Origin: Hydrurus foetidus
Taxonomy: Eukaryota
Direction: 5' to 3'
Length of the DNA: 64,000 nt
Assembly: GCA_900617105.1 (NCBI GenBank)
Contig: UYFQ01000001.1
Span: 124,001 to 188,000, forward strand
Shown here: one piece after another, positions 12,570 through 24,312 of the stretch
Layout: each line of letters starts with the position of its first letter
Numbering within the stretch: the first letter of the stretch is position 1
The notes under the pieces: model-generated
Databases searched by the model: none
What the model saw: the letters and a program-made list of their open reading frames with translations, nothing else
What the model was told of the DNA's origin: nothing
Made by a program: the position numbers and the translations under genes

Positions 12570-13085
12570 TCAAGGTTGGTCTAAGACGACGCGGAGTTCT
12601 GTGGCGGGTGTCGTACGGCGGGCCAGCAATCGGCCTTCGGGTTGGCGGCTCAAATCTATCAGCCAGCCTTCAATCGGTGTTGCGATGCCGCCAAGCCAGT
12701 CAAACAAGGCGGCGACGGGGATGGCAGTGCCGGTAGCGGACACCATCAAGTCTGCGAGAGATGCAAACGCTTGGTTGCTGCCAGGTGTGCGCAGGCTGGC
12801 CTGATCCGGGTTCCAGGTGAGCCGTGCCAACGTGCTGCCCAGCGGCGAAAGCAGGTTCAGTTCACCTGTTTGCGCATTGCCTTTCAGCTCGAAACCGGTG
12901 GAAAACGACTGTGAAGGCTGGTCTTCCACCTTGATGGCCAAGCGGCCATTCCAAACTGGGGTTTGTGCATCATTTGGTGCAGTTGAGCTTGGTATGCCAG
13001 CACAACCAGCTATTAAAAATGAAGTAACCAACGCCAGCCAACACAGCCATCGGTTGGCGTAATTCACCGAGAGGTGGGCTGTCAC
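12570..13085 (-). CDS. lolB: Outer-membrane lipoprotein insertase LolB
   Basis: Lipobox IAGC, GRLAIK, LLSPLG; directly upstream of ispE. Confidence 0.88.
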   Translation of the reverse strand: MTAHLSVNYANRWLCWLALVTSFLIAGCAGIPSSTAPNDAQTPVWNGRLAIKVEDQPSQSFSTGFELKGNAQTGELNLLSPLGSTLARLTWNPDQASLRTPGSNQAFASLADLMVSATGTAIPVAALFDWLGGIATPIEGWLIDLSRQPEGRLLARRTTPATELRVVLDQP

Positions 13086-14938
13086 AAGTTCACACGCAGG
13101 CGTTTGAGGGTCTCTACCAGCGTTTCGTTTTCACGGTTCAGGCGCTGGCCTTGTTTCCAGATGGCGGTGGCTTTGGCGCGCTGGCCCATGCTCCACAGCA
13201 CTTCACCCAAATGGGCGGAAATTTCTACGTCTGGCTTTGCTTTATAGGCAGCATCCAGAATGCGCAAGGCCTCAGCTTTGTTGCCCATGCGGAACTCTGC
13301 CCAGCCCAGGCTGTCTTGGATGAACGGGTCGTTTGGCGTGAATTCCAGCGCCTTCAAAATCAGTTGCTTGGCCTCGGGTAAGCGCACGTTGCGGTCTGCC
13401 AGCGAAAATCCCAGCGCGTTGTAGGCTTGGTGGTAGTCTGGTTTGAGCTTGATGACGTTGCGCAGCAGCCGCTCCATCTCATCGAGCCGCTGCAATTTTT
13501 CTGCCAGCATAGCTTGGTCGTACAGCAGATCTGCATCTTGCGGGCTGCGGTTGATGGCTGCAGACAGCAGGTCGTAAGCCGTTTGGTACTGCTTGTTTTC
13601 ACGCAAGAGTTGCACTTCGGTCATCACCTTCATGCGGGCATCTTCGGGGGTTTTTTCGGGCAGGGACTGAATCAGCTTGCGGGCCTCGTCCATCTTGCCT
13701 TGGTGCGCCAGGATGGATGCCCGGCGGCTTTGTGCGCCCATCAGGTCTTGGGCGTTGTCGATGCTGGCGATCCAGGCTTCGGCGGCGGCGTAGTCTTTGC
13801 GTTCCTCTGCGATTTGGGCCAGCGACAAATAGGCTTGTGCCAAGGCGCGGCTGCGGTCTTGGGCGCGTTCTGCATGGGTTTCGGTTTGCGCTTTGGCCAG
13901 CTCCACATAGCGTTTCAGCGAACTGTCGGCGGCTTCCGTTTGACGCTCTTGCAGCTGTAGCGTACCCAGCAGCAGCCAGCTTTCTGCGTAATCGGCTTTT
14001 TCAACTGTCAGCTTTTGCAGCTGCACCATAGATTCGAGGTAGCGGCGCAAATCGGCCAGCACACGGGCATAGGCCATGCGGATTTCAGGTGCGGGCTGGT
14101 TGTCGATGTAGCTGCGCACCAGGGTTTCGGCGTTGCCTTGTTTGCGTTCCATCAACTCCAGCGCCAGCATGGCGGGGCCGATGTTGTTGGCCTCAAGGCC
14201 GTGGCTGGTTTGGGCGCGTTGGGCCGCTTCCATGGTGCCCGGCAGATCGTCGTTGCCCAGGCGCATTCGGCCAATCGCCAACCATGCCGCAGCGGCGGTG
14301 GCAGGCTGGGTGGTGTATTCCGTCATCGCTTGTTCAACGATGCTGGCGGCGAGTTTTTTGTCTGAGGCTTGCAGGTAGCTGCGCGGGATCGCTGCAATAG
14401 CGAGTGAGCGCTCTTGGGGGCCGGCCATCATCAGCTCGGTTTTCAGCGGCTCCAGCGTGTCGCTCAGGCGGTTCAAGGCCAGCAAAATTTGCAGCAGGGC
14501 GCGGTTGGCCGGGCGTGATGCAGGCTGGGCTTGATGCCAAGCACGGGCGGCTTGCAGAGCGGCTTCACCCGAGCGCGACTGCAAAGCCAGCTCGACAGCA
14601 CGTTGGTACAGCAGCGCATCGTTGCTGCGGCGGGCCGCGTTCAAAATCAGCGAAAACCCAGCACCCGGTTCGTTGGCCTGTACGTTCAATTCGCCCAACA
14701 ACAGCTCATAAAACAACTCTGCACCCATCGTGGAATTGGTGATCGCCGAAGCAGCCCCCACTGGGGCGTTGGCTTTGGCGATTTTGGGCGCGGTCTTGCT
14801 GGGGGCAATGACCGGTGCAGCCGCGGGTGGGGTGGTCTGGGCAAAAGCGGCCGAAAGGCACAAGCCGAGCAAAGCGAGGGCTGCGCGAGGATAGACGGTA
14901 GGACGGTGGGTGGAACGGGTGCGAGGTAGGCGGGTCAT
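13082..14938 (-). CDS. Exported tetratricopeptide-repeat protein
   Basis: Signal peptide, TPR-like helices (YNALGFSLAD, DSLGW, AHLGEVLW); typical position upstream of lolB. Confidence 0.88.
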   Translation of the reverse strand: MTRLPRTRSTHRPTVYPRAALALLGLCLSAAFAQTTPPAAAPVIAPSKTAPKIAKANAPVGAASAITNSTMGAELFYELLLGELNVQANEPGAGFSLILNAARRSNDALLYQRAVELALQSRSGEAALQAARAWHQAQPASRPANRALLQILLALNRLSDTLEPLKTELMMAGPQERSLAIAAIPRSYLQASDKKLAASIVEQAMTEYTTQPATAAAAWLAIGRMRLGNDDLPGTMEAAQRAQTSHGLEANNIGPAMLALELMERKQGNAETLVRSYIDNQPAPEIRMAYARVLADLRRYLESMVQLQKLTVEKADYAESWLLLGTLQLQERQTEAADSSLKRYVELAKAQTETHAERAQDRSRALAQAYLSLAQIAEERKDYAAAEAWIASIDNAQDLMGAQSRRASILAHQGKMDEARKLIQSLPEKTPEDARMKVMTEVQLLRENKQYQTAYDLLSAAINRSPQDADLLYDQAMLAEKLQRLDEMERLLRNVIKLKPDYHQAYNALGFSLADRNVRLPEAKQLILKALEFTPNDPFIQDSLGWAEFRMGNKAEALRILDAAYKAKPDVEISAHLGEVLWSMGQRAKATAIWKQGQRLNRENETLVETLKRLRVNL

Positions 14939-15004
14939 AAACCCATAATAATCCAAGCGCGTTAATCCATTGTTGACCCGAACCACCCTCTGTTGTGTTG
15001 CTCT

Positions 15005-15838
15005 ATGCCTGAATTACCCGAAGTTGAAGTCACCCGCCTGGGTTTTGCTGACCGCATCGCTGGCGCACGCATCGAAGCCGTGCGCTTGGGCAAACCGCTG
15101 CGCTGGCCGCTGGGGTGTGTACCCGAGAGTTTGATCGCTGCCCGTGTGCTGGGTGTGCGGCGGCGTGGCAAATACTTGCTGCTGGATTTGAACCGTGGTT
15201 TGCTGCTGCTGCACCTGGGCATGTCGGGCAGCTTGAGTTTCACCCCCGGCTGGCCACCGCGTTTGCCTGCGCCGGGTACACATGACCATTTCGACTTGGT
15301 GACCAGCTTGGGCAGCCTGAGACTGCACGACCCTAGACGATTTGGTGCGGTGGTTTTTTCACAGGATGAATCCGCACTGCCTGCCACTAAATTGCTGGGT
15401 CATCTGGGCATGGAACCTTTGGATGCGCAGGGCGGTTTTGACCTCAAAGCTTTTCATGCCGGACTTAAGCGCCGCAAAACCGCCATCAAACAGGTGCTTT
15501 TGGCCGGGGATGTGGTGGTCGGTGTGGGCAATATTTACGCTTCCGAGGCGCTGTTTCAGGCGGGCATACGCCCCACCACACGCGCTGAACGCATCAGTCT
15601 GCCCAGGGCCGCACGGCTGCACGCAGCCATTCGAGAGGTGTTGCAGCGTGCCGTGGACAAAGGCGGCAGCACATTGAAAGATTTTTCTAACGCCGAGGGG
15701 CAAAGTGGCTACTTTCAGCTGGAGGCGATGGTGTATGGCCGTGCAGGTCTGCCCTGCCGGGTGTGCGCGCAGCCAGTGACGTCGATACGTCAAGGGCAGC
15801 GAGCGACGTATTTTTGCGCGGTTTGCCAAAAGCCGTGA
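15005..15838 (+). CDS. mutM: Formamidopyrimidine-DNA glycosylase
   Basis: [24 protein letters not shown]-terminal Zn finger. Confidence 0.97.
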   Translation: MPELPEVEVTRLGFADRIAGARIEAVRLGKPLRWPLGCVPESLIAARVLGVRRRGKYLLLDLNRGLLLLHLGMSGSLSFTPGWPPRLPAPGTHDHFDLVTSLGSLRLHDPRRFGAVVFSQDESALPATKLLGHLGMEPLDAQGGFDLKAFHAGLKRRKTAIKQVLLAGDVVVGVGNIYASEALFQAGIRPTTRAERISLPRAARLHAAIREVLQRAVDKGGSTLKDFSNAEGQSGYFQLEAMVYGRAGLPCRVCAQPVTSIRQGQRATYFCAVCQKP

Positions 15839-15966
15839 GCCACCCGACGGCTATGCAGGGCACCCTGAGCGGGCTGGCCCCCGATGGGCATGGGTGCTAT
15901 ATTGCTTCAAGATTTGTCCCAGACAGACCCGTCTCACCCCTTTCTCTAACCTTAAGCAAACAGACC

Positions 15967-18084
15967 GTGGCCCCATCACCTTCATTCAGCACGCAATTCG
16001 ATCACCATGGCGCTTGGCGACGTGGCTTTTCCCTGCGCCTTAAGCTGCTGGTGGAATGGATGTGCGAGCATGAACTGGTCAATGCAGCGGTAGAAGAGCG
16101 GCTCAAGCGCTTGGAAGAGCGCATGCGTACTGACAAAGTGATGGTCGCTTTTGTGGCCGAATTTTCGCGCGGCAAGTCGGAGTTGATTAACGCGCTGTTT
16201 TTCGCTGATTTTGGCCGCCGAATGATGCCTGCCAGCGCTGGGCGCACCACCATGTGCCCCACTGAAATCGGGTATGAAATCGGGCAGGGTACCTCGTTGC
16301 GTTTGCTGCCGATTGCCACCCGCTTACAGCCTCAGACCTTGCTGGAATGGCGCAATAACCCTGAGCAATGGTTGCGCATTGACCTGGACGTGAACAACCC
16401 CACTGAGCTGGCAACCGCCTTGCAAAAAGTGTCTGAAACCAGCCGCGTGCCGGTGGAGCTGGCACGCAGCCTGGGCTTTTGGCACGACGGCTCACCGCTC
16501 GACAACCCCCTGGTTGGCCCCGACGATTTGGTCGAGGTGCCCCAATGGCGGCACGCGCTCATCAACATTGCCCACCCTTTGCTGCGCCAGGGGCTGGTGA
16601 TTTTGGACACCCCCGGTTTGAACGCCATTGGTGCTGAGCCTGAATTGACGGTGAACTTGCTGCCGCAAGCCGATGCGGTGGTGTTTTTGCTGGCCGCCGA
16701 TACCGGTGTCACCCAATCTGACCTCACCATCTGGCACGACCATTTGAGTGGCAGCGATCCGCAGATGTCCACCCGGCTAGTGGTTCTGAACAAAATCGAC
16801 ACCCTGTGGGATGGCCTGGACAGCAGCGAGGAAGTGAAGGCTCAAATTGACCGCCAATGCCGCGATGCCTCGCAAATTCTGGGCGTGCCACTGGACAAAG
16901 TGTTGGCCGTCTCTGCACAAAAAGGCTTGGTTGCCAAAGTCACCCATGATGCTGCACTGTTGGATGCAAGCTGTTTGGCCAACTTGGAGCACGCGCTGGC
17001 CCATGACATCATTGGGCAGCGCCAGACCATTCTGCGCAACGCTCTGGCCTTGGCGGTGAGTGAGTTGCGCCTTGAGGCTTCGCGGATGATCCATATTCGC
17101 CGCCGCGATCTTTCTGAGCAGGTGTTTGAGCTCAAAGGTTTGGAAGGTAAAAATTCGTCTGTGGTGCGGCAAATGAAAGGTCGCATCGACCAGGAGCGTG
17201 CTGAATTCGAGGTGGGTGGCACCAAGATTCAAGCGGTTAAATCCGTCCATATGCGCTTGCTGCGCGATGTGTACCGCATGCTGAGCGGCAAGACGCTGGC
17301 CGAAGAAATCAACCAACTGACCACCGCACTGGCTCAAACTGGCCTGAAATTTGGCGTTAAAAAAGCCTATGGGCAGACCTTCGAACGCCTGCGTGCAGGC
17401 ATGACCAAAGCGCAAACTGCAAGCTCAGAACTCCACACCATGCTGGCCGCTTCGTACCGCCAATTGAACGCCGATTTTGGTTTCTCGCTGCAAGCCCCAC
17501 CTGATTTGAGTCTGGCCCGTTATGAGTCCGATTTGGCACTGGTTCAGCGCAGCCACAACCAGTATGTGGGGCTGGGCAGCGCCCTGAAGTTGGCCCAAGC
17601 GGACACGGCTAACCGCTTGGTGCGTGCGCTGAAAAGCCGCTTGCGCATCATCTACGAATCTGCCCTGTCCGAGTTGGAGTTGTGGAGCAAGTCAGCTACC
17701 TCGCAACTCGATGCTCAACTGCTGGAGCGGCGGCGGAACTTCGCACGCCGCACCGAGTCGATTGAGCGCGTGCAGCAGGCCACTGGTACTTTGAGCGAGC
17801 GTATTGCTGAGATTGATGCCGCACAGCAAGCTCTGCGGGCACAAGACGCTCAACTGCTGGCGCTGACCGATGCGCTGCTGCGTGCGGGCAGTGAGCCGCA
17901 CGATGACAATGAAGCACCACCAGGCGTATTGCTAAACGTATTGACTGACGCACGACCTGAAGTGCCTGTGCCGTCCAAACCCTTGTCCAAAATCAAACTG
18001 GATATTGAGTTGGCTATTGAATCAGACGGGGCGATGGAAGCCGCCGATCTGCCCGCTGTGCCGCCCGCGCTGACAGTTGCATGA
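15967..18084 (+). CDS. Dynamin-like GTPase
   Basis: AEFSRGKS, DTPG, NKID, long coiled-coil C-terminus; GTG start inferred. Confidence 0.85.
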   Translation: MAPSPSFSTQFDHHGAWRRGFSLRLKLLVEWMCEHELVNAAVEERLKRLEERMRTDKVMVAFVAEFSRGKSELINALFFADFGRRMMPASAGRTTMCPTEIGYEIGQGTSLRLLPIATRLQPQTLLEWRNNPEQWLRIDLDVNNPTELATALQKVSETSRVPVELARSLGFWHDGSPLDNPLVGPDDLVEVPQWRHALINIAHPLLRQGLVILDTPGLNAIGAEPELTVNLLPQADAVVFLLAADTGVTQSDLTIWHDHLSGSDPQMSTRLVVLNKIDTLWDGLDSSEEVKAQIDRQCRDASQILGVPLDKVLAVSAQKGLVAKVTHDAALLDASCLANLEHALAHDIIGQRQTILRNALALAVSELRLEASRMIHIRRRDLSEQVFELKGLEGKNSSVVRQMKGRIDQERAEFEVGGTKIQAVKSVHMRLLRDVYRMLSGKTLAEEINQLTTALAQTGLKFGVKKAYGQTFERLRAGMTKAQTASSELHTMLAASYRQLNADFGFSLQAPPDLSLARYESDLALVQRSHNQYVGLGSALKLAQADTANRLVRALKSRLRIIYESALSELELWSKSATSQLDAQLLERRRNFARRTESIERVQQATGTLSERIAEIDAAQQALRAQDAQLLALTDALLRAGSEPHDDNEAPPGVLLNVLTDARPEVPVPSKPLSKIKLDIELAIESDGAMEAADLPAVPPALTVA

Positions 18085-19172
18085 CGGCATCATCTCAGCC
18101 TAGAGCGCCTGCGTTGCAACCCGCCTTTGCCGACCAAGTTGTCACGTGGCAGCGCCGCCATGGCCGCCATGATTTGCCTTGGCAAAACACCCGCGACCCG
18201 TACCGGGTATGGTTGTCCGAGATCATGTTGCAGCAAACCCAGGTCAGCACTGTGCTGGACTATTTCACCCGGTTTTTAAACCGATTCCCTACCGTTGCCG
18301 CCTTGGCCGCGGGCGCTTCAGACGAGGTGTTTGGTCTATGGAGTGGTTTGGGCTACTACAGCCGCGCACGCAATCTGCACGCCTGTGCCCAAGCGGTGAT
18401 GGCGTTGCATGGCGGGATGTTCCCGCGCACGGCAGCGGTGTTGCAGACCTTGCCCGGCATTGGCCCCTCGACTGCCGCCGCCATTGCGTCCCTGTGCTTT
18501 GAAGAGCGCGTGGCGATTTTGGATGGCAACGTGCGGCGGGTGCTGACGCGGTTTTTAGGTTTTGATGCGGATTTGTCCCAATCTGCCAACGAAAAAACCC
18601 TGTGGGGGCACGCCCAGAGGCTCGTCCCCTTGCTGCCCCAAGACATGCCCGCCTATACCCAGGGTGTGATGGACTTGGGTGCCACGCTGTGTGTGCGGCG
18701 CAAACCGCTGTGTGACACCTGCCCACTGGTGCCCGGCTGTGTGGCCCGGCAAGAAAGCGGCCCTGAACACTACCCGGTGAAGACCCGCAAGCTCAAACGC
18801 TCTGCTGAATCTTTTTGGCTGCTGCAAGCCTACAACGAACACGGCGACGTGTGGCTGGTACAGCGCCCCGAGAAAGGGATTTGGGCCAAGTTGTACTGCT
18901 TGCCTGTTTTCAACAGCAGTGAAGCTTTAATGGCAGCCTTGACCGTACAACTGGCTCAAAAGCTGACTGCCAGCCCCACCTTTACCCATGTGCTGACCCA
19001 CAAAGACCTGCACCTGCACCCCCTGCATGTGCAGGTGAACAGCACGGTGTGGCCGCTGAACATCGCCCAGAGCGAGGGCCGCTGGGTGTCGTCCACAGAC
19101 TGGCCTCAGCTGGGCCTGCCAGCACCCGTGCGCCGGCTGCTGGAGCAGATGGTTGCCCCGCGTTTGCTGTAA
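18081..19172 (+). CDS. mutY: A/G-specific adenine glycosylase
   Basis: WLSEIMLQQT, GLGYYSRARN, LPGIG, Fe-S cysteines. Confidence 0.97.
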   Translation: MTASSQPRAPALQPAFADQVVTWQRRHGRHDLPWQNTRDPYRVWLSEIMLQQTQVSTVLDYFTRFLNRFPTVAALAAGASDEVFGLWSGLGYYSRARNLHACAQAVMALHGGMFPRTAAVLQTLPGIGPSTAAAIASLCFEERVAILDGNVRRVLTRFLGFDADLSQSANEKTLWGHAQRLVPLLPQDMPAYTQGVMDLGATLCVRRKPLCDTCPLVPGCVARQESGPEHYPVKTRKLKRSAESFWLLQAYNEHGDVWLVQRPEKGIWAKLYCLPVFNSSEALMAALTVQLAQKLTASPTFTHVLTHKDLHLHPLHVQVNSTVWPLNIAQSEGRWVSSTDWPQLGLPAPVRRLLEQMVAPRLL

Positions 19173-19189
19173 CGTCTTTTAAACGTCGT

Positions 19190-20164
19190 TCAAACGTCTT
19201 TCAGTTCCCGGTGGCGTTTCAGCGTGACCCACTTGGCTTCAAAGTGTGCCGCCAAGCGTTCCACCAAATAAACCGAGCGGTGCTGCCCGCCCGTACAGCC
19301 AATGGCGACGGTGACATAGCCACGGTGGTTGCGTGCCAGGGGTTCCAGCCAGCGCTCTAAAAAATCCCGGATATGGCTGAACATTTCTGCCGTCTCGGGC
19401 TGCTCGCTTAAAAAAACAGCGACCGGGGCATCGCGCCCCGTCAATGGGCGCAGCTCAAGCTCGTAGTACGGGTTGGGCAGCATCCGCACGTCGAACACGT
19501 AGTCAGCGTCCATCGGGATGCTGCGCTTGAAGGCGAACGACTGGAACACCAGCGTCAACTCACTGGCTGGGGCTGAAATCAGCGCTTTGACGGTGGCCTG
19601 AAGCTGCGCGGCACGCATCACGCTGGTGTCCAGTACATGCGACTGCTCACGCAGCATCGACAGCAACTCGCGCTCCAGCTCAATTGCACCCACCAAGGCC
19701 AGATGCTGATCGCCGGTGTTGTTGCGCGACAGGGGGTGCCTGCGCCTTGTCTCTGAAAACCGGTGTACCAAGGTGTCGGTGGTGGCGTCAAAAAACAGGG
19801 ATTTGACATTGACTCCTTGTGCGCGGAGTTTGTCCAAAATGGCGGGAACCTCGGGCAATGATGTCGCACTGCGCACGTCCATGACTATGGCTACGCGGGC
19901 TTGACGGTGCCGTTGCTCCAGGGACACAAACGAGGCCAACAGCTCGGGGGGCAAGTTGTCCACGCAATAGTAAGCTGCGTCTTCCAGTGCTTTGAGGGCC
20001 ACAGACTTGCCTGAGCCGGACATACCCGTGATGACTACGATTTGCAAATCTTTGGTGCGGGGTTTTTGGCGGCGGTCAGCTTGTTCCGCGACTTGGCCTG
20101 CAACCAGCCCTGCCGCATGATCGGGTTCTGGGTTCGGTGTGCCTACCGCAGGCAAGGTGCTCAT
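19190..20164 (-). CDS. rapZ: RNase adapter RapZ
   Basis: [34 protein letters not shown]. Confidence 0.95.
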   Translation of the reverse strand: MSTLPAVGTPNPEPDHAAGLVAGQVAEQADRRQKPRTKDLQIVVITGMSGSGKSVALKALEDAAYYCVDNLPPELLASFVSLEQRHRQARVAIVMDVRSATSLPEVPAILDKLRAQGVNVKSLFFDATTDTLVHRFSETRRRHPLSRNNTGDQHLALVGAIELERELLSMLREQSHVLDTSVMRAAQLQATVKALISAPASELTLVFQSFAFKRSIPMDADYVFDVRMLPNPYYELELRPLTGRDAPVAVFLSEQPETAEMFSHIRDFLERWLEPLARNHRGYVTVAIGCTGGQHRSVYLVERLAAHFEAKWVTLKRHRELKDV

Positions 20165-21855
20165 TGGGGTTCTCCTTGTGCTGCCATGTCTGGCACCACG
20201 CCCAACATTTCACGCGCATGCGCCAGCGTGGTGTCCGACAAGCGCTCGCCACCCAACATGCGGGCAATTTCTTTCACTCTGCGTTCTCCTGATACCGTTT
20301 GCAACGTGCTGAAGGTGTCCCCCGCAGCGCTTTGTTTGCTGACCAGCAGCTGCTGATCCGCGCAAGCCGCCACCTGGGGCAGGTGCGTCACGGCCAGCAC
20401 TTGGCGGTCTTGCCCCAAGCGGCGCATCAGTTTGCCCACCGTCTCGGCCACCGCGCCGCCAATGCCTGAATCCACCTCGTCAAAAATCAGCGTGGGTGCG
20501 CTGCCCAGTTGGCTGGTGGTCACGGCAATGGCCAGCGCAATGCGCGACAGCTCCCCGCCGGATGCCACTTTGCCGACAGGGCGGGGCGGGTGCCCAGCGT
20601 GGCCTGCCACCAAAAACTCCACCGCATCCAGCCCCAACTGACCCAGCTCAGGCAGCGCTTGCACCGACACCGCAAAGCGCCCGCCCTTCATGCCCAGATC
20701 TTGCATGGCGGCGGTGACGGCGGCCGACAGCTTGGGCGCTGCTTTGATGCGGGATTTGGAAATCAACTTCGCTTCTGCAAGATATTGGGCTTGGCTGCTT
20801 TTTTCATCAGCTTCGAGTGCTATTAAATCAGTAGCTTCATCCAGCGTCACGAGTTCTTGCTTCCATGTTGTCAGCAGAGCGTGCAAATCCTCGGGCTGGC
20901 GGCGGTAGCGCCGTGCGAGTGACATCCACAAGCCCATGCGCTCGTCCAACTCGGCCACATCTTCCGAATCTCGGTCAGTGCGGCGCAGATACTGGTGCAG
21001 CGTGTGCATGGCATCTTCGGCTTGGGCGAGGCTGGAGGCCAGTACATCAGCAAGTTCGCGGAACTGTGGCTCCAGGTGCTCGTGGCGGCGCAGCGCATCT
21101 ACCGCGTGTGAGAGTTGCGACACGGCGCTGTGGTTGCTGCCGTCGCTTGCGCTGTCATTTTCCAGCGTGGTCAGGGCCAGCGTGGCGGCATCCAGCAGCG
21201 CTTGTGCATGCGAGAGGCGGGCGTGGCGGCTGTTGATCTCGTCCCATTCACCTTGTTGCGGTGCCAGTTTGGCGAGTTCGCTGATTTGCCAGCTCAGGCG
21301 TTCGCGTTCGCTTTGCAAGCTGGCCTGTGCGCCACGGGCATCTTGCAGCCGTTGATGGGCATCGCGCCAGACTTGCCAGAGCTGGTTCAAGTGCTTCAGG
21401 TTGTTAGCGGCATAGGCATCAAGCAGACGGCGCACCGAATCAGCCCGCGTCAGGCTTTGCCAAGCGTGCTGGCCGTGGATGTCGAGCAACTGCTCACCTA
21501 ACTCGCGCAACTGGGTGGCAGTGGCCGGGCTGCCGTTGATCCAGGCGCGGCTTTTACCCTGGGTGTCGATCACCCGGCGCAGCAGCAGGGTAGGGGCGGC
21601 ATCAAAACCTGCCGTCTCCAGCCACGTTGCCAAGGTGTTGGGTGTGCCAAATTCAGCGCACACCTCGGCCCGGTTGGCCCCGGCACGCACCACACCGGCA
21701 TCGGCCCGTGCGCCTAAAGCGAGTTGCAGCGCGTCAATCAGTATGGATTTACCGGCCCCGGTCTCGCCCGTCAGCACGGTGAAGCCTCCGGTCAGCTCTA
21801 ACTCCAGCTCACGCACGATCACAAAATCGCGCAACACAATCCGTTTCAGCGCCAC
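20161..21855 (-). CDS. recN: DNA repair protein RecN
   Basis: [31 protein letters not shown]. Confidence 0.97.
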   Translation of the reverse strand: MALKRIVLRDFVIVRELELELTGGFTVLTGETGAGKSILIDALQLALGARADAGVVRAGANRAEVCAEFGTPNTLATWLETAGFDAAPTLLLRRVIDTQGKSRAWINGSPATATQLRELGEQLLDIHGQHAWQSLTRADSVRRLLDAYAANNLKHLNQLWQVWRDAHQRLQDARGAQASLQSERERLSWQISELAKLAPQQGEWDEINSRHARLSHAQALLDAATLALTTLENDSASDGSNHSAVSQLSHAVDALRRHEHLEPQFRELADVLASSLAQAEDAMHTLHQYLRRTDRDSEDVAELDERMGLWMSLARRYRRQPEDLHALLTTWKQELVTLDEATDLIALEADEKSSQAQYLAEAKLISKSRIKAAPKLSAAVTAAMQDLGMKGGRFAVSVQALPELGQLGLDAVEFLVAGHAGHPPRPVGKVASGGELSRIALAIAVTTSQLGSAPTLIFDEVDSGIGGAVAETVGKLMRRLGQDRQVLAVTHLPQVAACADQQLLVSKQSAAGDTFSTLQTVSGERRVKEIARMLGGERLSDTTLAHAREMLGVVPDMAAQGEPQ

Positions 21856-22752
21856 TTATGCCACTCCTTCATTCCAATGCAGCTTTTTGCGCAAAGTATC
21901 AAAATAACTCCAGCCTTTGGGGTGTAAAAACCGCACATGGTGCTGTGAGCGCTTCACCAAAATACGGTCACCGTGCAGCAAAGAGGCCAGCGACTGCATA
22001 TCAAAATTGGCACTGGCATCCCTGCCTGCTACCAATTCAATAGCTACCTCTGACGCATCAGCAAGCACCAAGGGCCGATTTGACAAGGTATGCGGTGCAA
22101 TCGGCACCAGCACCCATCCAGGGATAGCCGGGTGCAGCAGCGGCCCGCCAGCCGACAGCGAATACGCCGTAGACCCCGTGGGCGAGGCCATGATGAGGCC
22201 GTCTGCTCGTTGGTTCGCCACAAAATGCCCGTCCACCTCGACCCGCAGCTCCAGCATGCCCGAGGTCGCGCCCCGGTTGACCACCACATCGTTCATGGCC
22301 AGCGCGTCGTACACGCACACGCCCTCGCGCATCACCTTCGCGTGCATCAGGCTGCGGTGGTCTTCGGTGTACTCGCCGCGCAGCATGGGGGCCAGCGTGG
22401 AGGCGTAGTCATCCAGCGGAATATCGGTGATGAAGCCCAACCGCCCTTGGTTGATGCCGATCAAGGGCACGCCGTGCTGTGCCAGTTGGCGGCCAATGCC
22501 CAGCATGGTGCCGTCGCCGCCCACCACCAGCCCCAGATCGCAGTGCAGGCCAATGCCGGTGACATCGCGCACGGTGTAATCGGTGATACCGGTGCTTTCA
22601 GCCGTTTGCTGCTCCAGCACCACCTCGCAATCTTGGGATTCCAAAAAGCCTGCAATCCCCCTGAGCAGCTCCCCAGTGGATGCGACGGAGAGGCCCGGCA
22701 TCACCGTGTGGTATTTGCCGATCAAGGCGACTGTGCGAAATTGGGTCATCAT
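21856..22752 (-). CDS. nadK: NAD kinase
   Basis: [23 protein letters not shown]. Confidence 0.96.
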   Translation of the reverse strand: MMTQFRTVALIGKYHTVMPGLSVASTGELLRGIAGFLESQDCEVVLEQQTAESTGITDYTVRDVTGIGLHCDLGLVVGGDGTMLGIGRQLAQHGVPLIGINQGRLGFITDIPLDDYASTLAPMLRGEYTEDHRSLMHAKVMREGVCVYDALAMNDVVVNRGATSGMLELRVEVDGHFVANQRADGLIMASPTGSTAYSLSAGGPLLHPAIPGWVLVPIAPHTLSNRPLVLADASEVAIELVAGRDASANFDMQSLASLLHGDRILVKRSQHHVRFLHPKGWSYFDTLRKKLHWNEGVA

Positions 22753-22780
22753 GCGCAAATTACATCATTAAAATCACACC

Positions 22781-23788
22781 ATGCTCGATGAACGCGCCAA
22801 GTTGTTGTTGAAAGCCCTCGTCGAACGCTACATCGCCGATGGGCAGCCTGTAGGTTCGCGCACGCTTTCCAAAGCCTCGGGGCTGGAACTCTCGCCCGCC
22901 ACCATCCGCAATGTGATGTCTGACCTGGAAGAGCTGGGCCTGATCGCCAGCCCGCACACCTCAGCTGGCCGCATCCCCACAGCCAAGGGCTACCGCCTGT
23001 TTGTGGACACCATGCTGACCGTGCAGCGCGACCAGTTCGTCGGTGCCAGTCTTGCCCCCGATCAACCGCAAAAAGTCATCGCCAGCGCAGCCAGCTTGCT
23101 GTCCAACCTGTCGCAATTCGTGGGCGTGGTGATCGCACCACGCCGCAATTCGGTGTTTCGGCACATTGAGTTTTTGCGCCTGTCTGAGCGCCGCATCCTG
23201 GTCATCATCGTCTCGCCCGAGGGCGATGTGCAAAACCGGGTGATCTTCACCGACGTGGATTACACCCCCAGCCAGTTGATCGAGGCTGCGAATTACCTCA
23301 ACACCAACTATGTGGGCATGGCGATTGAGCAGGTGCGTGAACGCATTCAAAACGAAGTCGAAACCCTGCGCGGTGAAATTACCAGCCTGATGCAAGCCGC
23401 CGTGGTCGTCAGCGCCGAAGCTATCATCACCGACGTGCAAGACGAGGTTGTGATCTCAGGCGAGCGCAATTTACTGGCTGTGAGCGATTTTTCCAGCGAC
23501 ATGGGGCATTTAAAGCGAGCGTTTGAGCTGTTCGAGCAAAAAGCGCAGCTGATGCGCCTGCTGGACATTTCCAGCCGTGCCGAGGGCGTGCGTATTTTCA
23601 TCGGCGGTGAAAGCAAGGTCGTACCTTTTGAAGAGTTGTCCATCGTCAGCGCCCCCTACGAGGTAGACGGCAAAATCGTAGGCACTCTGGGCGTCATCGG
23701 CCCCACGCGCATGCCCTATGACCGGATGATCCAGATAGTGGACATCACCTCGCGCTTGGTCAGCAATGCGCTGAACAACAGTAAGTGA
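22781..23788 (+). CDS. hrcA: Heat-inducible transcription repressor
   Basis: [29 protein letters not shown]. Confidence 0.97.
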   Translation: MLDERAKLLLKALVERYIADGQPVGSRTLSKASGLELSPATIRNVMSDLEELGLIASPHTSAGRIPTAKGYRLFVDTMLTVQRDQFVGASLAPDQPQKVIASAASLLSNLSQFVGVVIAPRRNSVFRHIEFLRLSERRILVIIVSPEGDVQNRVIFTDVDYTPSQLIEAANYLNTNYVGMAIEQVRERIQNEVETLRGEITSLMQAAVVVSAEAIITDVQDEVVISGERNLLAVSDFSSDMGHLKRAFELFEQKAQLMRLLDISSRAEGVRIFIGGESKVVPFEELSIVSAPYEVDGKIVGTLGVIGPTRMPYDRMIQIVDITSRLVSNALNNSK

Positions 23789-23849
23789 GAGCAAGTGAGC
23801 GAGGGTGGCCAAAACCCGACCGCGCGTCTCTTACAATGCGAGTTGGTCA

Positions 23850-23926
23850 GGGCCGTTAGCTCAGTTGGTTAGAGCAGAGGACTCATAATCCTTTGGTCCA
23901 CGGTTCAAGTCCGTGACGGCCCACCA
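23850..23926 (+). tRNA. tRNA with CAT anticodon, most likely tRNA-Ile2 (lysidine type)
   Basis: GGGCCGT...GAGGA CTCATAA TCCTT...GGTTCAAGTCC...ACGGCCC ACCA; lacks initiator features. Confidence 0.9.
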
Positions 23927-23938
23927 TGTGGAATATAG

Positions 23939-23971
23939 AAAGCCTGCTATTTTTTCGATAGCGGGCTTTTC
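23939..23971 (+). terminator. Intrinsic terminator after the tRNA
   Basis: AAAGCCTGCTAT-TTTTTCG-ATAGCGGGCTTTT. Confidence 0.65.
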
Positions 23972-24312
23972 TACTATTTCAACTGTTATCTACAAAACTG
24001 CGGTGCCTGCTATTGCAACGGCTTCACCCGATCGCCTATTTGTGCCCTCACAGATTGTTCGGTCATGCCCCGATTCTTGTGTGCAAGTAACTTTTCCAAG
24101 TTCGCCAAGTCGCTTGTATAGGCTGCCGCGTCACCATCCCAAATATCAGTGCGCTTGAGTTTCAGGAGTGTGCTGAGAGCAAACTTATCAGCTTGTATGC
24201 TGACATTCGAAAACCAGCCATTCAATTCAACCTGAGCTCCGCAGTAGATTCGCGACTCAAAGTTCCGTCAAAAATGGTGAGTGGTTCTTCCAGTAGGGCG
24301 CAGGACTTAACC

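Noticed and set aside
22752..22800. CIRCE element near hrcA
   Set aside because: No TTAGCACTC-N9-GAGTGCTAA sequence was found.
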